From Phallusia mammillata (taxonomy: Eukaryota): DNA of 64,000 nucleotides. This document shows, piece after piece, positions 59,894 through 64,000 of this stretch. A program made the position numbers and the translations under genes. The stretch lies in the NCBI GenBank assembly GCA_965637545.1, contig OZ281494.1, positions 3,100,001 to 3,164,000 of the forward strand, written 5' to 3'. Numbering within the stretch: position 1 is the stretch's first letter; every line of letters starts with the position of its first letter. The notes beneath the pieces are model-generated. The model had not been told where the DNA came from. It saw only the letters and a list, made by a program, of their open reading frames with translations, and did no database searches.

Positions 59894-62729
59894 ATGGAGC
59901 AAGGTAAGCTTTATTATTTAACAAACACAAATGGCACTTAAATTGATTTATTTGTTGCTTTGGCTTATTTTTTTGGCTGGTGTTTATTTGATTTCAGAAC
60001 TTTCATAATCACGTATTAATATAAGTTTCAGAGCCAGATATTAAGTTGGAAGATTCAGACATATGCATTGCCCAATTCCAGCAAGAGAAACTGGAATTGA
60101 CCGACAAGTTACTGGAAGTTCAACAACTTTTAGATGAAAAAGAAAGTAAGGAAATTTACTTATGCTAACAAAATGTTTAATTTGTGAGCTATAATTTTAT
60201 TATCAATAGTCACTCTGGTGATTTGAAATTATTTTTTGAACATATTTTCTAAAAAACATGACTTAAACAATATTACAACAATTCAATGTCTGTCTTTATT
60301 AAACTGTTACAAATCACATGCTATTTTTAATCTGTGTGATTCATCAAACTAATATTCACCTCAGAAAAAGGAAAAACAAGTGCCTAATGTACTCTTTTTA
60401 ACTTTCAGATTTATATCGTGAGCAACACTTTAAACTTTTGGAAGCAAACAAACAAATAAGCGACCTTGAAACCACTATTGCTTCACTGAAAGATGAAATC
60501 GAAATTTTTGTAAAAATGATGTCATCAGTTGCTCTGGCTGAAAACAAGAAACAGGTAAAATAATTCTAGGTGTAATGTTTTTACCAATTCTTGACACCTA
60601 AACCTAAAATTTGAGTTTTTGCATTTCTTGCGTATTCAATTCAAATTCTACATTTTTCTATTTTACCTGTGTTGGTAACTATACATATATAGAAATACAT
60701 TTTTTGCCTAGGAAAGCACACCGTCACCACCACGACAACCAAAACTCTTAAGAATCAAGGATGCAAAGATTGAATCTCTGAAGCAACAAGTGAGTTTGGT
60801 TTTTCCATTCAAATAAAGTTTTCATACTGTGAAAGCATGTTGTACAATCTAACAATCATTTATTTTATACCTCAAGCCTACTTTGGCCATTAAAAACTTG
60901 TGCAGCCAATCACAAAACTAACTGCTTTCAGAACTGTCTGTTACAGATTTATGTTAACTGATGAGTTTTACAATTCCATTTGCACATTTATGTGCTGGAG
61001 GTTTTTTTGTATTCTGTATAAATGTTACAAAATAATAAATGTTAAAGTACATTACAATTTTTGTTATTCAAGTTGTGAGCCCTGCTATGATTATGTTTGA
61101 TAAAAAAAAATCCATCCAAATATGTTTGCAAGCCATGTGTGTTAACCATGTAATGGTTTTCTGTTCTGCAATTTTTTTCAGTATTTATTTTGCAGAATAC
61201 AAAGCTTGGAAGGGATATGGCGCAACTGCAAAAGACGCTTTTAAATGAAAAACAATTAAGACTGAGTGTAGAGAAATCTGTGATGCGAAGCTCAGAAATT
61301 TCTGAGAAACAGATTGAAGAACTTACTGCCAGGATTGATGAAATTCAAGCAAAGATAAAAGAAGATCGGATACACAGGGAAATCAAGGAAGCTGAAGACA
61401 ATGAAAACCTGGTGATAAATTGATAAAAAAAGAAATATTCTTTTTTGTACATGTTTGTTTATCAAAAACATTGTTACACAATCTCAAGGTTTTAAACATT
61501 TTAACAAGAAATAGACAAGTAAATATATATTGTGAAAAACAAGAACTGGGGAACTATTTTATCTTATAAATGATGTAAGAGTTGTTGAAATTTTCTAGTT
61601 TTCACAAATGTATTGCCTCTATAGCATGTGGCATGCCTCTTGTTTGTTATTGAAATAAGTTGCAGATCTGTTGTTGTAAACGAAATGCTTAAAAAATAAC
61701 CTGATGGTTCTATTGGGAATAAAAGCATACAAACTACAACTTAAATTATAAGAAATTGACATATTAAGTATTGTTGCAGCTCATCCTTACAACTGATCGT
61801 GACAGGTTGAGAGAAAACTTCCTAAAGTTAAAAATCAGGAAGATGCAAGTGCTTCAATGTTAAATGAAAGTGAGAATTCTTCACCAATGGAATCCGAAAC
61901 TCATACATCAGAGCAGGCAAATTATTCTCAACACTTAGTTTAACAATAGTCAAATCCACACACAAAAAATTACCTTTGTATTTACTTGATGTTAATAAAA
62001 TTGGTTGGTTTTTTAGCAATTTGTTGATATTGTTTGGTCAAATGCATGTTCCCTCAGAAGGGGGTGCAGCAGGTGCACCACACCAAGTCCATAACGGTCT
62101 AAGGGTCCATGAATATCATATTTGGAAATAATAATTGGCAAATAGAAATTGATGTATTATTGTTTCTTTGTAGCTGCAATATATTGCTGCTGATTGTTAT
62201 GAAATAGTTTATATTTTTTGTTTTAGGTTAAAAAAGATGAACAGTTAATTGAATCAATTCGAAGCAAGTCTAGGAATATTATAAGAAACCTCAAAGACAA
62301 ACTACGAAGTGATTCCACTGAAAGGGTGATGATGCTTTTTACTTTTTAATAAAGAGATTAAAGACCTAATAATCAAATACACAAAAATAGATGAACAACT
62401 AATGAAATTATAGTATAACTGTAAATATTTAAGCTTACGCTTTAAGCCACTTTTGTAAGCCTTTTAAAGTAAAATGTCCATTCAAGTTTTAACTGTTATG
62501 AGATTGATTACTGTAGGAAAAACTGCTTAACCCTTTAGCAGATTTACGAAATATATTGGTAGCAGAAGTTAAACCCAGCCAATATAAACTATATTGTAAT
62601 TGTTTTTGCAAACTATAGCCCCAGAGTGAAGACACCAAACCAGCACAAAATGAGCATGAAAAAGCGGCACAAAAAGAAATTTGCTACCGCTTTCCTCCGC
62701 ACAGTGAATCCACTTCTTGTACTGATTAA
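59894..62729 (+). CDS. Truncated tandem paralog of RABEP1 ('mini-Rabaptin'), ~303 aa if a 1-nt frameshift is repaired; possibly a pseudogene
   Basis: Exons 59894-59903, 60032-60145, 60409-60554, 60712-60789, 61196-61411, 61780-61916, 62227-62325, 62619-62729 correspond to RABEP1 exons 1, 2, 3, 13, 14, 15, 18 and probably 20. Exons 13', 14' and 18' have identical lengths to the parent (78, 216, 99 nt); 14' is 38/72 aa identical. Exon 15' is 137 instead of 138 nt (A5 run at ~61830-61834) and ends at a GC donor. Confidence 0.85.
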
Positions 62730-63598
62730 CTATTGCATTCATCACTCGTTTAAGAAATTGTATTTTTTTTTCTATTCAAAGTCACAGACCTCTCATCTAG
62801 TTAGAGTTTGTTGTTTTTAAACTATACTCTTTACTGTGTTGCTGATGCTATGCATTGTGCCATATGTGCAAAACATTTTCAAATGTTTCATTTGTTTTGG
62901 TCGTGTTTTGTAGATGCATGCGGATTTTATCTTACAAAATTCATTATACTGTACCATTGGCATCAAATAACGTGCTTACATCCGTGGTCGGTTTTTGATG
63001 ATTTGAAATTTTCTTGCCATTGTATGCAATGTTACATGTTGATTGTATTTGCTTGTTGTAGGTAAAACAATATTTGCACAAATAAACTACATTTTTCTTT
63101 GCTTTTTATTGCAAGTTAGGAATATTGTATAATATTTTGTCAATGTGGTTGTTAAAGGGTAAAACTAATACCGTACTTTAACAGCATTTATGGAAAAGGT
63201 TCATTCTGTTCTCCAACGTTATTGGTTGGAATTCTTTCGCGCTTCCACAAGGTTCGTGCGAATTTCCTGATCATTGTGGAAAATTGTTTCCTATGTGTTG
63301 GAATGTAGTGTGAAACATATGCCAGGAAAACCAAGTGTAGAAATCGGGCCCTAGTCGTTTTGTAATGTTTGTATTAGGTAATACGCCCTCTTAATAGCTT
63401 ATTTAACTCATATTAACTCATTTTTTGTTCCCAACACATTTCCTTGAAACATTCAGTAAGGAGAAAAGGTGTTCGTGCGGCATGACTGCGCATTTTCTTT
63501 GCTATGTCATTTCCAGTGCCGATCGGTACACATGGTCGTAATCGTAAACACAACACGCTACTAGCTGTACGTGCTCAGGTGGTTGATAAAAGTGAAGT

Positions 63599-64000
63599 AT
63601 GTCTTATACCATAATTGGTTTTGAAGGAAGTGCCAATAAGTTGGGCGTTGGGATAGTCAGAGACGGTCAGGTGCTTTCCAATCCCCGACACACCTATATT
63701 TCGCCTCCTGGGGAAGGATTTTTGCCGAGAGAAACCGCTCAGCACCACAGAAGTTGGCTGACAAAGATCTTGCGTAAAGCTTTGGACGAAGCTTCGGTGT
63801 CTCCAAATGAAATAGATGCTGTTGCTTACACGAAAGGCCCAGGTATGGGAGCACCTCTTGTTTCAGTTGCGGTTGCAGCTAGAACTGTGGCCCAACTTTG
63901 GAACAAACCCATAATTGGAGTAAATCATTGCATTGCCCATATTGAAATGGGACGTTTGGTCACTGGTGCAGATAATCCAACTGTGCTCTATGTTTCTGGT
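63599..64000 (+). CDS. OSGEP: tRNA N6-adenosine threonylcarbamoyltransferase (Kae1/OSGEP), 5' part
   Basis: [20 protein letters not shown]...[18 protein letters not shown]...[12 protein letters not shown]...[41 protein letters not shown]; open to the window end with no intron. Confidence 0.98.
   Translation, partial: MSYTIIGFEGSANKLGVGIVRDGQVLSNPRHTYISPPGEGFLPRETAQHHRSWLTKILRKALDEASVSPNEIDAVAYTKGPGMGAPLVSVAVAARTVAQLWNKPIIGVNHCIAHIEMGRLVTGADNPTVLYVSG

Overview
AT-rich, intron-containing animal genomic DNA, most likely an ascidian/tunicate (inference from compact introns, an EGF+ZP egg-coat-type gene and an operon-like junction; species not determinable from sequence). I built spliced models by hand with GT-AG sites and consistent phases. 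In order: 5' part of an IGSF22/IGFN1/MyBP-C-like gene (-); a small spliced transcript (-); a 13-exon signal peptide-EGF-ZP-TM gene (+); a 608-aa coiled-coil gene (-); GDPGP1 (+); two orphan ~160-aa genes; a B-box/coiled-coil/PRY-SPRY TRIM-like gene with a decayed RING (-); histone H3.3 (+); RABEP1/Rabaptin-5 (+, 20 exons); an exon-pruned tandem 'mini-Rabaptin' paralog (+, 8 exons, one 1-nt frameshift); and the 5' part of OSGEP (+). Introns hold many MITEs (hAT-, MULE-, Tc1/pogo-type), a tRNA-derived SINE family and hammerhead-ribozyme-like motifs. Most notable: the mini-Rabaptin that keeps the Rabex-5-binding coiled coil but lacks the Rab5-binding tail, a Ciona-style AATAAA/acceptor junction between H3.3 and RABEP1, and hammerhead motifs that are intact only when antisense to their host gene.
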